NCBI GenBank assembly: GCA_958295525.1
Contig: OY282355.1
Coordinates: forward strand, 655,504-719,503
Reading direction: 5' to 3'
Origin: an uncultured Dehalococcoidia bacterium
GTDB lineage: Bacteria > Chloroflexota > Dehalococcoidia > Lucifugimonadales > Australimonadaceae
DNA length: 64,000 bases
Shown one piece after another: positions 24,045-32,678 of this stretch; positions within the stretch are counted from its first letter, which is position 1; each line of letters begins with the position of its first letter. The notes beneath the pieces are model-generated. The model saw nothing but the letters and a program-made list of their open reading frames with translations, did no database searches and had not been told where the DNA came from. A program made the position numbers and the translations under genes.

Positions 24045-26327
24045 TTGGGACATCGCCCCTCTTCCTTGCAAGCATTCGCTACGAGAGCGCTTGCTCCTCA
24101 TTGGGGCGCGCTACTGGCGATCGCGCTCTTTCTCATCGCGGGTCTCACCGTCCTCGACGACTACGGCGTCACGTGGGACGAGCCGCTCCAAAGAAGCCAT
24201 GCAGAGCGGAATCTCGCGCACGTTCGGGGAGAACCTGACGCTCTCCCTGCCGACCATAACAAGTTCTACGGGGTTGCGTTCGAGTTGCCTGCGTTGCTGA
24301 CCGAGCGCGCCTTCGGACTAGAGGACAGCCGGAGCGCCTACCTCTCCCGTCATCTGCTCATCCATCTCTTCTTTCTGACAGGCGGATTTTTTGCCTATCT
24401 CCTCGCCCAGCGATTGTTCGGCAACCGGCTCCTAGCGCTCGCGGCGATGCTGCTCTTTCTGCTGCATCCGCGCCTGTACGCCCATTCGTTCGCCAACAGC
24501 TCGGACATCCCGTTCGTCGCTATGTTTGTCATCGCGCTCTACTTGACGCACCGAGCCTTCAAGCAGGACTCGCTGCGGGCGTTTGTTCTTCTCGGGATAG
24601 GGATTGGCGTGCTCACCAACCTCCGCATAATGGGCGTCCTTCTTTTCGCGGCGGTTCCCGCGATGCGGGCGCTCGACTTCGCGTACGCGCGGGGATGGGC
24701 GGAGCGCAAACGCGCGCTCCTCTCTACGGGGGCGTTCGCGCTAGCAGGCGCGCTCACGACCTACGCCCTGATGCCGTACCTTTGGCCGGATCCAATTGGC
24801 CGTTCGGTCGAGTGGTGGACGACCCTATCCAACCATCCCCACAACCGTTGGGAATTGTTCCGGGGGACGCTTCACCTGAGCGCCGAATTTCCGAACGAAT
24901 ATCTTCCCGTTTGGATTTCCATTACGAGCCCACCGTTCGCTTTGCTGCTGGGGCTGATCGGCGCAGCGTTGATTCTCGCCCGGGGAGTCAAGGCGCCCGG
25001 GGCCGCGCTCCGTGACAAAAATCCCCGGTTCGCGCTTGCGCTCGTTGGCTGCTTCGCTTTGCCCATGCTGTCCGTAATTCTTCTGAACGCCAATGTCTAC
25101 GACGAGTGGCGGCAAATGTTCTTCCTGTGGGCGCCGTTCTCGCTGCTTGCAGCCTACGGGTTGTGGCGGATAACTGCGGCGCTGAGGCGGGCATGGTTGC
25201 GCGCGGCGGTTTACGGAGCCGTCGCCGCCGGTCTCGCGGCGACGGCGCTTTCGATGGCGCTGCTCCATCCGAACCAGCAGGATACGTTCAATTTCTTCGT
25301 CGACAGGGTTACGCCGGAGCGCCTTCGCTCGCAATACGTGATGGGCTACTGGAGCCACCCGGTGCGGCAGGCGCTCGAATGGGCCATCGACCGTCGTTCG
25401 GATTCGCCGGCGGCGGTGAATGTGCGCAGCCACGTTTGGTTCAGGCCTGACAGAACCAGGCTTGTTATGCCCCGAGAGGCAAGGGAGAATTTATCGATCG
25501 AGATGGATGCCGACGCCTTCGTGCTGACGCACGACCCGCCCAGGGACGAGGACGGCGTCCTGTACGCGGTGAAGGTCTACGGCAGCACAGCGTTGTACGT
25601 TCAGCGAAAAGCCGATCTCCAGTTAGCCTATGCATCGGCCACGGCGGGCGAACCTATCTTGAGATCCCATTTCGACGTCTACTATGCGGACGACGCGCTG
25701 ACCTACGTCAAGGAGCCGTGCGGCCCGTCGGATGTAGCAGGCGAATTCCGTCTGCGGATTTTCCCCGAGGACGCGGCGGACCTTCCCGCCAGATCCAACC
25801 CGCAAGGCTACGAGGATATGATCTTCCTCTTTCAGGGATACGGCGCGTCTTTCGACGGCAAGTGCGTAGCGGTGGTTCCCCTCCCGGGCTACCCTGTCGC
25901 CGCCATTCGAGCGAGTCAATGGCGTTGGCCGGAGTCGCTATGGGAGTCCGGCGCCACGTTCGCCCTTGAGTATCGGGCGGCCCACCGCGCCGCCGTGTCT
26001 GGCGAACCGCTTGCGCGGAGCGTGTTCGACTTGTTCCTCGTGGAGGGCGACCTGGTGTACGTGCGGGAGGAGTGCGACCAGGCCGATACGGCTCCTCGCT
26101 TTTTCCTGCATATCCTTCCTCAACGCACGGCGGATTTGCCGGAAGAGCGGAGGCAATACGGGTTCGACAACCTAGATTTCGACTTCTTCCTGAACGGGGC
26201 GTTGTTCGATGGAAAGTGCGTGGCGCGGGCCGCCCTGCCGGAGTATCCGATTGCCCGGTTCCGAACCGGGCAATACGTGGGCGGGCAAGGGGAACTTTGG
26301 GGCATGGAGTTCGTGGCTGGAGGGTAG
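24045..26327 (+). CDS. GT39/ArnT-PMT-like membrane glycosyltransferase with a duplicated C-terminal soluble domain
   Basis: 760 aa, apparent TTG start. Many TM segments, with 'DDYGVTWDEP' in the first loop. The C-terminal ~230 aa contain two ~105-aa repeats. Confidence 0.7.
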   Translation: MGHRPSSLQAFATRALAPHWGALLAIALFLIAGLTVLDDYGVTWDEPLQRSHAERNLAHVRGEPDALPADHNKFYGVAFELPALLTERAFGLEDSRSAYLSRHLLIHLFFLTGGFFAYLLAQRLFGNRLLALAAMLLFLLHPRLYAHSFANSSDIPFVAMFVIALYLTHRAFKQDSLRAFVLLGIGIGVLTNLRIMGVLLFAAVPAMRALDFAYARGWAERKRALLSTGAFALAGALTTYALMPYLWPDPIGRSVEWWTTLSNHPHNRWELFRGTLHLSAEFPNEYLPVWISITSPPFALLLGLIGAALILARGVKAPGAALRDKNPRFALALVGCFALPMLSVILLNANVYDEWRQMFFLWAPFSLLAAYGLWRITAALRRAWLRAAVYGAVAAGLAATALSMALLHPNQQDTFNFFVDRVTPERLRSQYVMGYWSHPVRQALEWAIDRRSDSPAAVNVRSHVWFRPDRTRLVMPREARENLSIEMDADAFVLTHDPPRDEDGVLYAVKVYGSTALYVQRKADLQLAYASATAGEPILRSHFDVYYADDALTYVKEPCGPSDVAGEFRLRIFPEDAADLPARSNPQGYEDMIFLFQGYGASFDGKCVAVVPLPGYPVAAIRASQWRWPESLWESGATFALEYRAAHRAAVSGEPLARSVFDLFLVEGDLVYVREECDQADTAPRFFLHILPQRTADLPEERRQYGFDNLDFDFFLNGALFDGKCVARAALPEYPIARFRTGQYVGGQGELWGMEFVAGG

Positions 26328-26404
26328 GGCGCGTCAGGGGGAGAAACATTGGAGCGCCGCGCTCCATTCAGCGCCGCAGGGGTGGGAGAGCCGATGCGCT
26401 CCGC

Positions 26405-26590
26405 GCCGCGTCATTCCCGCCCACTATCGTCATTCCCCGCCTTCGCGGTTGGCAGGCCGCCCACTATAAGCGCATCCGCGCTTGCGCGGATGCGCTCCAA
26501 TTACTCCCCGGTGCCCCGTCATTCCCGCGTAGGCGGGAATCTCGCCCCCATTGCCCCGCCCTGCCCGCGCAGGCGGGAATCTCGCCTGAC
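26405..26590. repeat. REP-like hairpin cluster
   Basis: cgtcattcccgcgtaggcgggaatctcgcccc, ctgcccgcgcaggcgggaatctcgcc, partial copies, and the hairpin cgcatccgcg-cttg-cgcggatgcg. Confidence 0.8.
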
Positions 26591-26615
26591 GCATTCCGCA
26601 TTTGCGTAGTACAAT
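26586..26615 (+). promoter_or_regulatory. Promoter candidate for the bicupin gene
   Basis: CTGACG, 18-nt spacer, TACAAT (26610-26615), 23 nt upstream of ATG 26639. Confidence 0.4.
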
Positions 26616-26638
26616 GCCGGCAACGGAGGACAAAACCA

Positions 26639-27775
26639 ATGACTACGCAACTCAGCCCCAAGCCTGAAGTCACGTCCGACCAGCCCCGCCTCGCCAAGGT
26701 CAGCGCCTACGAGGCGTTCGTCGAAAGCGAGGGCATTCCCAACGTCACAGGATTCGCCGTAGACGACCTCCGCGCGCTCGAGGTCGAGCCGTGGGCGCGC
26801 CTCGACTGCCTCGGCGCCTACGTCAATCTCGACGGCAACGGGGGCACCAACGACGCCTACGTCGCCGAAATCCCTCCGGGCGGGAAGATGGCGCCGGAGA
26901 AGCACCTCTTCGAGAAGAACATCTACGTTCTGCGTGGGCGGGGCGCGACGCTCGTCGGCGACGACCCCAACAGCCGGACGTCGTTCGAATGGAAAGAGGG
27001 CAGCATCTTCTCCATCCCCATCAACCTTTGGCATCAGCATCTCAACGGCTCCGGCGCGGAGCCCGCGAGGTTCCTCGCCGTCACCACCGCGCCCATCACG
27101 ATGAACCTCTTCCACAACCCGGAATTCATCTTCAGCAACCCGTTCGTCTTCGAAGACCGCATCGGCGACCCGCGCCAGTTCCACGGCGAGGGGCTGATGC
27201 ACACCGGCAACACCGGCCGCGTCAACGTCTGGGAGACGAATTTCATCCCGGACATCGAGACGTTCACGACCTTCTCATGGAAGGAGCGGGGAGCCGGCGG
27301 CTCGAGCGTTATGTTCGAGTTCGCGGACAACACGCAGGCGGCGCACGTCTCCCAGTTCCCGGTCGGCACCTACAAGAAAGCCCACCGGCACGGGCCCGGC
27401 GCCCACGTCATCATTATCTCCGGACACGGCTACAGCCTCCTGTGGCCTCGCGGCGGCAGCGTGCCCGACGACGTCGTCCGCGTGGACTGGAAGCCCGGCG
27501 CGATGGTCGTTCCCCCTACCGACTGGTTCCATCAGCACTTCAACGGCGGCGTGACGCCCGCCCGCTACCTCGCCTTCCGGTGGGGGTCGCAGAAGCACGG
27601 GTTCAGCCTCGGCGTGGCGATGGAGGGCGAGGCCGACGTCTCCGTCAAACTCGGCGGCGCGCAGATCGAATACGAAGACGAGGATCCCTGGATCCACGAC
27701 GCCTTCGTCGAAACCCTCGCGAAAGTCGGCGGCGAATCCAAGATGGCGGATTTCATTCCGCGTCTGCGGGGCTAG
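26639..27775 (+). CDS. Bicupin dioxygenase-like protein (gentisate 1,2-dioxygenase-like fold)
   Basis: Start at ATG 26639 inside ORF 26072..27775 (the upstream part is REP-derived). 'LWHQHLN' and 'DWFHQHFN' cupin motifs in two halves. Paralogue of 46260..47498. Confidence 0.75.
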   Translation: MTTQLSPKPEVTSDQPRLAKVSAYEAFVESEGIPNVTGFAVDDLRALEVEPWARLDCLGAYVNLDGNGGTNDAYVAEIPPGGKMAPEKHLFEKNIYVLRGRGATLVGDDPNSRTSFEWKEGSIFSIPINLWHQHLNGSGAEPARFLAVTTAPITMNLFHNPEFIFSNPFVFEDRIGDPRQFHGEGLMHTGNTGRVNVWETNFIPDIETFTTFSWKERGAGGSSVMFEFADNTQAAHVSQFPVGTYKKAHRHGPGAHVIIISGHGYSLLWPRGGSVPDDVVRVDWKPGAMVVPPTDWFHQHFNGGVTPARYLAFRWGSQKHGFSLGVAMEGEADVSVKLGGAQIEYEDEDPWIHDAFVETLAKVGGESKMADFIPRLRG

Positions 27776-27810
27776 TCCGCGCGGACGGGCGGGGCAGGGC
27801 GGGGCGGTCA

Positions 27811-28611
27811 ATGACGGAACTTGCCGATCGGCTGCAATTGGCCGTCCGCATCGTCCGGGAGGCGGGCGCGCACGCGCTCTCCTATTACCAGGCGCAAGAC
27901 ATCGGCCTGCAATTCAAACCCGACCGCTCGCCGGTGACCCGCGCCGACAAGGAAGCCGAGGAACTCGCCCGCCGCATTCTCGACGCCGAATGCCCCGCCG
28001 ACGCCATCCTCGGCGAGGAGTACGGCGAGCAGGGGGGCTCGTCCGGCTACAGGTGGCTGCTCGACCCGGTGGACGGCACCGAGTCGTTCACGCGGGGCGT
28101 GCCGCTTTTCGGATCGATGGCCGCGCTCGAGCGCGAAGGCGAGCCCGTCGCCGGAGCGATATGCTTCCCCGCGCTCGGCGAGATCGTCTACGCCGCGCAA
28201 GGCGAGGGCGCGTGGTGGGCGACGAACGTCGGCCCGCCGTCCGCGCCGCTCGCGCCGCGCCGCGCCCGCGTCTCCTCCGTCGCGGAACTTGGCGAGGCGC
28301 TCTTCTGCGCCACCGGCTTCGACAATTTCGTCAGGATAGGCAAGGCGGACGCGCTCGAGCGGATGCTCGCCGCCGTCCGGCTCGCGCGCGGCTGGTCGGA
28401 CTGCTACGGCCACTGCCTCGTCGCAACGGGCAGGGCGGACATAATGATCGATCCGCTGATGAACATCTGGGACAACGCCCCGCTGGCGCCCATCGTAGAG
28501 GAGGCGGGCGGACGATTCACCTCCATCGGCGGCGCGCGAACGATCCGCGAGCCCAACGCGCTCTCCACGAACGGACTCCTCCACGACGCCGTCCTCGCGC
28601 TGCTTGCTTAG
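27811..28611 (+). CDS. Inositol monophosphatase family protein (HisN/SuhB-like)
   Basis: Start at ATG 27811. 'ILGEEYG', 'WLLDPVDGTESF', 'IWDNAPLAPIVEEAGG'. Confidence 0.8.
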   Translation: MTELADRLQLAVRIVREAGAHALSYYQAQDIGLQFKPDRSPVTRADKEAEELARRILDAECPADAILGEEYGEQGGSSGYRWLLDPVDGTESFTRGVPLFGSMAALEREGEPVAGAICFPALGEIVYAAQGEGAWWATNVGPPSAPLAPRRARVSSVAELGEALFCATGFDNFVRIGKADALERMLAAVRLARGWSDCYGHCLVATGRADIMIDPLMNIWDNAPLAPIVEEAGGRFTSIGGARTIREPNALSTNGLLHDAVLALLA

Positions 28612-28617
28612 CCCGCC

Positions 28618-29187
28618 TCACAGCAACTTGCCGAGCCAACGGAGCCACCGGAGCCGCAGGATCCACTGCATCCAATCCGCGACGACGTCCACCGCGCGGT
28701 AGCCGTCCAGCCACTGCGCTCCGTGCAGCGCGTACTCCTGGGCCTCCTTCAGAACGGCCAGCGGCGCGAGCCATGCCAGCGACCGCCGCCACGTCAGCGC
28801 GTAGTCCGGCGCGAACAGCCGCGCGCCCGCGACGAACACGAACCAGAACTCGAACACGTTCGGAAACAGCAGCAGCGTCCAGCGGCTTCCCGACGCCTCG
28901 AACGCCGCGACGCCAACCATCCGGTAGGCGAACAGCCCGACCGCGAGCGTTCGCGCCGGGCCGCTCCACCGCAGCGCAACCCAAAGGAACGTCCCCATAT
29001 AGGCGAGGTCGAGCCATTTGTCGAGCGCCTGATAGTTCCGCACGCCGCCCAAGTCGAGCAGATTCATCAGGAACAGGTCGGACAGATCAATCGCAATTGC
29101 GGCGAGCGCTCCCGCGAACGCCCACCGCAGAACCAGCAGCGCGCCGCCGAGGCGAACCGCCGTGATGATCAGTTCCTCCGGCGTCAT
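28618..29187 (-). CDS. Integral membrane protein, unassigned
   Basis: 189 aa with 4-5 hydrophobic, Trp-rich segments. No family recognised. Confidence 0.5.
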   Translation of the reverse strand: MTPEELIITAVRLGGALLVLRWAFAGALAAIAIDLSDLFLMNLLDLGGVRNYQALDKWLDLAYMGTFLWVALRWSGPARTLAVGLFAYRMVGVAAFEASGSRWTLLLFPNVFEFWFVFVAGARLFAPDYALTWRRSLAWLAPLAVLKEAQEYALHGAQWLDGYRAVDVVADWMQWILRLRWLRWLGKLL

Positions 29188-29253
29188 AGCGATGAGGATA
29201 CGCTCTGCGGGGGCGGGGAGCGCTTGCGGCGCCGACTAACCTAAACGCTGCGC

Positions 29254-29661
29254 CTAGCTGACAGGCGGGAGCGTCCGCAAACGCGGAACGAGCGCGCCCG
29301 CGACGGCCAACGCCCGGGCGGCGAGGCTCGCCCAGTCGGAGACGCGGCTCTCCGAGAACACGCGCTGAACGTCGGGATGCGACGAATCCGTGACGTAGTC
29401 GGCGGACTCGCGCATTGTCTTCAACAGCCACAACTCGTTCGCGTCGTTCTCTCCGCCCCCGCGCATGGTGACGGCGTTGATGACTGCCCAGTGCGACGGC
29501 CTTCTGCCGCCGCCTGCGTCAACGCCGTACAGCGCGTCGCGGGCGATGAGATGGCAGGCGTAGTAGGCGCGGCTGACGGCGGATCGGTAATCCGCCTCAT
29601 TCTCCGCTGTCTCCGCCAACCGTTGCGCTTGGCCGAGGAACAGTTCGGGGTCGAGCGGCAT
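29254..29661 (-). CDS. HEPN-like helical protein, copy 1
   Basis: 135 aa. 'FLGQAQRLAETAENEADYRSAVSRAYYACHLIARDAL' and 'MRESADYV' are HEPN-type helices. No canonical Rx4-6H motif. Confidence 0.55.
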   Translation of the reverse strand: MPLDPELFLGQAQRLAETAENEADYRSAVSRAYYACHLIARDALYGVDAGGGRRPSHWAVINAVTMRGGGENDANELWLLKTMRESADYVTDSSHPDVQRVFSESRVSDWASLAARALAVAGALVPRLRTLPPVS

Positions 29662-29667
29662 CGGCGG

Positions 29668-30060
29668 CTAGAGGTCGGCGAGGGAGACCGGGAAGAGCGT
29701 CTGGTCCCAGTTGATGCTCAACATGAGGTTCAGCGCCGCCTCGTGGCTTTCCGCGTCCATCCCGGCGCGCCAGCGTTTGCGGTCGTCGTTGAGGCTCTCG
29801 TGGAAAGCGAACGTCCGCTCGGCAGGGGCGGCGCAAAGCACGGCGATGTACGCCTCGTCAATGCCTTCGACGTCCGTGCGGCCGCGCAGCCACGCCTCCT
29901 CTATCGGCAGCCCTTCCGCTTCCGCCTTTGCGCGGACGATTTCCCACAACTCGCCTGCGAGCCGCCGCGTCAAGGGAGTGAGCGCGGGATGCTCCATGCT
30001 CACGTCGAGCGTCGCCTTGCGCGGCGCCTCCATCGTCGCGGAGCCTTGCGCGTTCGCCAT
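29668..30060 (-). CDS. Unassigned 130-aa partner protein, copy 1
   Basis: Ends 6 nt before the HEPN-like gene start. Balanced acidic composition; no family recognised. Confidence 0.55.
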   Translation of the reverse strand: MANAQGSATMEAPRKATLDVSMEHPALTPLTRRLAGELWEIVRAKAEAEGLPIEEAWLRGRTDVEGIDEAYIAVLCAAPAERTFAFHESLNDDRKRWRAGMDAESHEAALNLMLSINWDQTLFPVSLADL

Positions 30061-30143
30061 CGTCCACCTCCGTTAGGCGTTATTGTAGCAGGGGCATGCA
30101 GCCTTTTGATCTTGCGGGGCGCCGCTGAACTGGACGCCATAAG

Positions 30144-30173
30144 TTGAGGCGCGCTCAGTGCAGCGAGTACAAT
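30144..30173 (+). promoter_or_regulatory. Promoter candidate for hicAB
   Basis: TTGAGG, 18-nt spacer, TACAAT (30168-30173), 18 nt upstream of ATG 30192. Confidence 0.4.
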
Positions 30174-30191
30174 GGAGTTGGAAGCCTCGTT

Positions 30192-30392
30192 ATGACGCGC
30201 AAAGTTCGAGAGGCCATTCGCCTCGTGGAGCGGGACGGCTGGGTTCATGTACGCACGCGCGGGAGCCATCGCCACTTCCGTCATACGGAGAAGCCGGGAA
30301 CGGTTACGATACACGGACGCCCGGGAGACGACGTGAAGCCGTCGACTTGGAAGAGCATCATGAGGCAAGCGCGCCTTGACGAAGGGGGGTAG
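30192..30392 (+). CDS. hicA: HicA mRNA interferase toxin
   Basis: 66 aa from ATG 30192: 'MTRKVREAIRLVERDGWVHVRTRGSHRHFRHTEKPGTVTIHGRPGDDVKPSTWKSIMRQA'. Confidence 0.85.
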   Translation: MTRKVREAIRLVERDGWVHVRTRGSHRHFRHTEKPGTVTIHGRPGDDVKPSTWKSIMRQARLDEGG

Positions 30393-30396
30393 AGGG

Positions 30397-30816
30397 GTGC
30401 AATACCTTATCGTCATAGAGAAATCCGCCCAAAACTGCTGCGCGTTCTCACCGGACGTGCCCGGTTGCATCGCCACCGGAGGGACGCCCGAGGCCGCAAG
30501 GGCGAATATGCGCGAGGCTCTGGAAGGCCACCTCGTGGTTACGCAAGAGCACGGCGAACCTTTGCCGGAGCCAACATCGCGGGTCGTGACCGTGCACGGC
30601 TATGTCGTCCCTATCGTAAAGACAGACGACGGCTACTTCGCAGAACCCCCCGACCTCCCCGGAGTCGCGGCAGACGCCGCTACGCCGGAACTCGTGGAAA
30701 CGGCCATCCGCGAGAAGGTCGCCCGACGCCTGCGCGCCGACATGGAACCGCCTGCTCCTACTGCGGAGGCCATGCGTCTAGAAGTCGAGGTTCCCGCTAT
30801 TGCGGGAGTCCGATAG
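30397..30816 (+). CDS. hicB: HicB antitoxin
   Basis: GTG 30397, 4 nt after the hicA stop. 'YLIVIEKSAQNCCAFSPDVPGCIATGGTPEAARANMREALEGHL' is the HicB N-terminal fold. Confidence 0.75.
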   Translation: MQYLIVIEKSAQNCCAFSPDVPGCIATGGTPEAARANMREALEGHLVVTQEHGEPLPEPTSRVVTVHGYVVPIVKTDDGYFAEPPDLPGVAADAATPELVETAIREKVARRLRADMEPPAPTAEAMRLEVEVPAIAGVR

Positions 30817-30872
30817 CCGCTCCGTTGTGTTTTTACAGGCTACGGAACGCTCATTAGTAAGACGGCGACTGC

Positions 30873-31280
30873 CTAGCCGGCAGGCGGGAGCGTCCGCAAA
30901 CGCGGAACGAGCGCGCCCGCGACGGCCAACGCCCGGGCGGCGAGGCTCGCCCAGTCGGAGACGCGGCTCTCCGAGAACACGCGCTGAACGTCGGGATGCG
31001 ACGAATCCGTGACGTAGTCCGCGACCTCGCGCATCCACTTCAGCCTTCGCAGTTCGTCCGCGTCTTCCTCTTCAATATCGGCTTCGGCGACAGCGTTGAT
31101 GACTGCCCAGTGGGACGGCCTCTTGCCGCCGCCTGCGTCAACGCCGAACAGCGCGTCGCGGGCCACGAGATGGCAGGCGTAGTAGGCGCGGCTGACGGCG
31201 GATCGGTAGTCCGCTTCATTCTCGGCGGCGCGCGCCAGACGCTGCGCCTGGCCGAGGAAGAGTTCGGGATCGAGCGGCAT
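30873..31280 (-). CDS. HEPN-like helical protein, copy 2
   Basis: 135 aa. Identical to copy 1 over the last 50 aa; residues ~64-86 differ ('AEADIEEEDADELRRLKWMREVA'). Confidence 0.55.
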   Translation of the reverse strand: MPLDPELFLGQAQRLARAAENEADYRSAVSRAYYACHLVARDALFGVDAGGGKRPSHWAVINAVAEADIEEEDADELRRLKWMREVADYVTDSSHPDVQRVFSESRVSDWASLAARALAVAGALVPRLRTLPPAG

Positions 31281-31286
31281 TGACGG

Positions 31287-31679
31287 CTAGAGGTCGGCGA
31301 GGGAGACCGGGAAGAGGGTCTGGTCCCAGTTGATGTCCAAGCCGAGGGCCAACGCCGCCTCTCGGCTTTTCGCGTCCATCCCGGCGCGCCAGCGCTTGCG
31401 GGCGTCGTTGAGGCTCCTGCGGAAGGCGAACGTCCGCTCGGCGGGGGCGGCGCAAAGCACCGCGATGTACGCCTCGTCAATGCCTTCGACGTCCGTGCGG
31501 CCGCGCAGCCACGCCTCCTCTATCGGCAGCCCTTCCGCTTCCGCCTTTGCGCGGACGATCTCCCACAACTCGCCTGCGAGCCGCCGCGTCAGGGGAGTGA
31601 GCGCGGGGTGCTCCATGCTCACGTCGAGCGTCGCTTTGCGTGGCGCCTCCATCGTCGCGGAGCCTTGCGCGTTCGCCAT
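31287..31679 (-). CDS. Unassigned 130-aa partner protein, copy 2
   Basis: First 85 aa identical to copy 1; residues 86-115 diverged. Confidence 0.55.
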   Translation of the reverse strand: MANAQGSATMEAPRKATLDVSMEHPALTPLTRRLAGELWEIVRAKAEAEGLPIEEAWLRGRTDVEGIDEAYIAVLCAAPAERTFAFRRSLNDARKRWRAGMDAKSREAALALGLDINWDQTLFPVSLADL

Positions 31680-31760
31680 TGTCCACCTCCGTGGGCGTTA
31701 TTGTAGCAGGCGCCTGCGGACTTGCCCGCCGCACCCGCCTCGTCGTACTCTATGCGGACT

Positions 31761-32513
31761 ATGGAACGCTTCACGGGCAAAACGGCTGTCGTAACGGGCT
31801 TCGGCTCCGGCATCGGACGGGCCGCCGCCGCGCTGCTCGCCGCCGAAGGCGCGAACGTCGTCGGCCTCTCGCGCAGCGTTGAGGCGGGCGAGTCTGCGCT
31901 CGCGGAGATGCGCGGGCAGGGCGGCGAGGCCGCGTTCGTCCCGACCGACGTCCGCTCCGCCTCCGCGGTGGACGCCGCCTTCGCCGAGTCCGTCCGCCGC
32001 TACGGGAGCGTGGATATCGCCGTCAACGCGGCGGGCGTTCGCGCCACCGGCGCCGCGACCGAGACGCCGCCGGAGCGTTGGGACGACGTGCTCGGCGTGA
32101 ATCTCACGGGAACGTTCCTCGTGGCGCGGGCGGCGGCGCTCCGGATGAAAGCGCAGGGCGGGGGAGGCGTCATCGTTAATGTCTCCGCTATATCGGGCTT
32201 TCGCGGCCCCGCCGGACGGGCCGCCTACGGCGCGGCGAAAGCCGGCGTGCACAACCTCACGGAGGCGATGGCGCTCGACCATGCGGCGGATGGCGTCCGC
32301 GTCAACTGCGTCGCGCCGGGCCCGACGGCCACGCCGATGGTCGGCGAAATCACGCAGGAGATGCGCGAGGCGTTCGCGCGCCGCGTGCCGCTGGGCCGCA
32401 TCGGCCAGCCGGAGGACGTCGCGGAGGCCATCGCGTTCCTCGCCTCCGACGCCGCCAAGCACATAACGGGCGCAATCCTCCCCGTTACCGGCGGCGCGCA
32501 CTTGAACGTGTAG
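31761..32513 (+). CDS. Short-chain dehydrogenase/reductase
   Basis: Start at ATG 31761. 'VVTGFGSGIGRA', 'YGAAKAG', 'PGPTATPM'. Confidence 0.85.
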   Translation: MERFTGKTAVVTGFGSGIGRAAAALLAAEGANVVGLSRSVEAGESALAEMRGQGGEAAFVPTDVRSASAVDAAFAESVRRYGSVDIAVNAAGVRATGAATETPPERWDDVLGVNLTGTFLVARAAALRMKAQGGGGVIVNVSAISGFRGPAGRAAYGAAKAGVHNLTEAMALDHAADGVRVNCVAPGPTATPMVGEITQEMREAFARRVPLGRIGQPEDVAEAIAFLASDAAKHITGAILPVTGGAHLNV

Positions 32514-32678
32514 CCCCCACAATCCGCCCCTACGCAAAAGCGCCTTGCGCCCTGCGGTCGGCTGCCCCACGGGAGCGGCTGCTCGTAGTCAGCATATCGT
32601 GAACCTGCCTCCATGCGAGGGTGATGCGCTGCGGGCGTGTATACTCGCGGCGCACGCCGCGAGGGAGGGCTTCCGCAA

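Larger units (their letters stand above)
29252..30092. repeat. Direct repeat copy 1 (~840 bp) carrying the two-gene unassigned/HEPN-like module
   Basis: Aligns with 30871..31711 at a constant offset of 1619 bp. The outer parts are near-identical and the centre is diverged. Confidence 0.9.
30871..31711. repeat. Direct repeat copy 2 (~840 bp)
   Basis: See 29252..30092. Confidence 0.9.
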
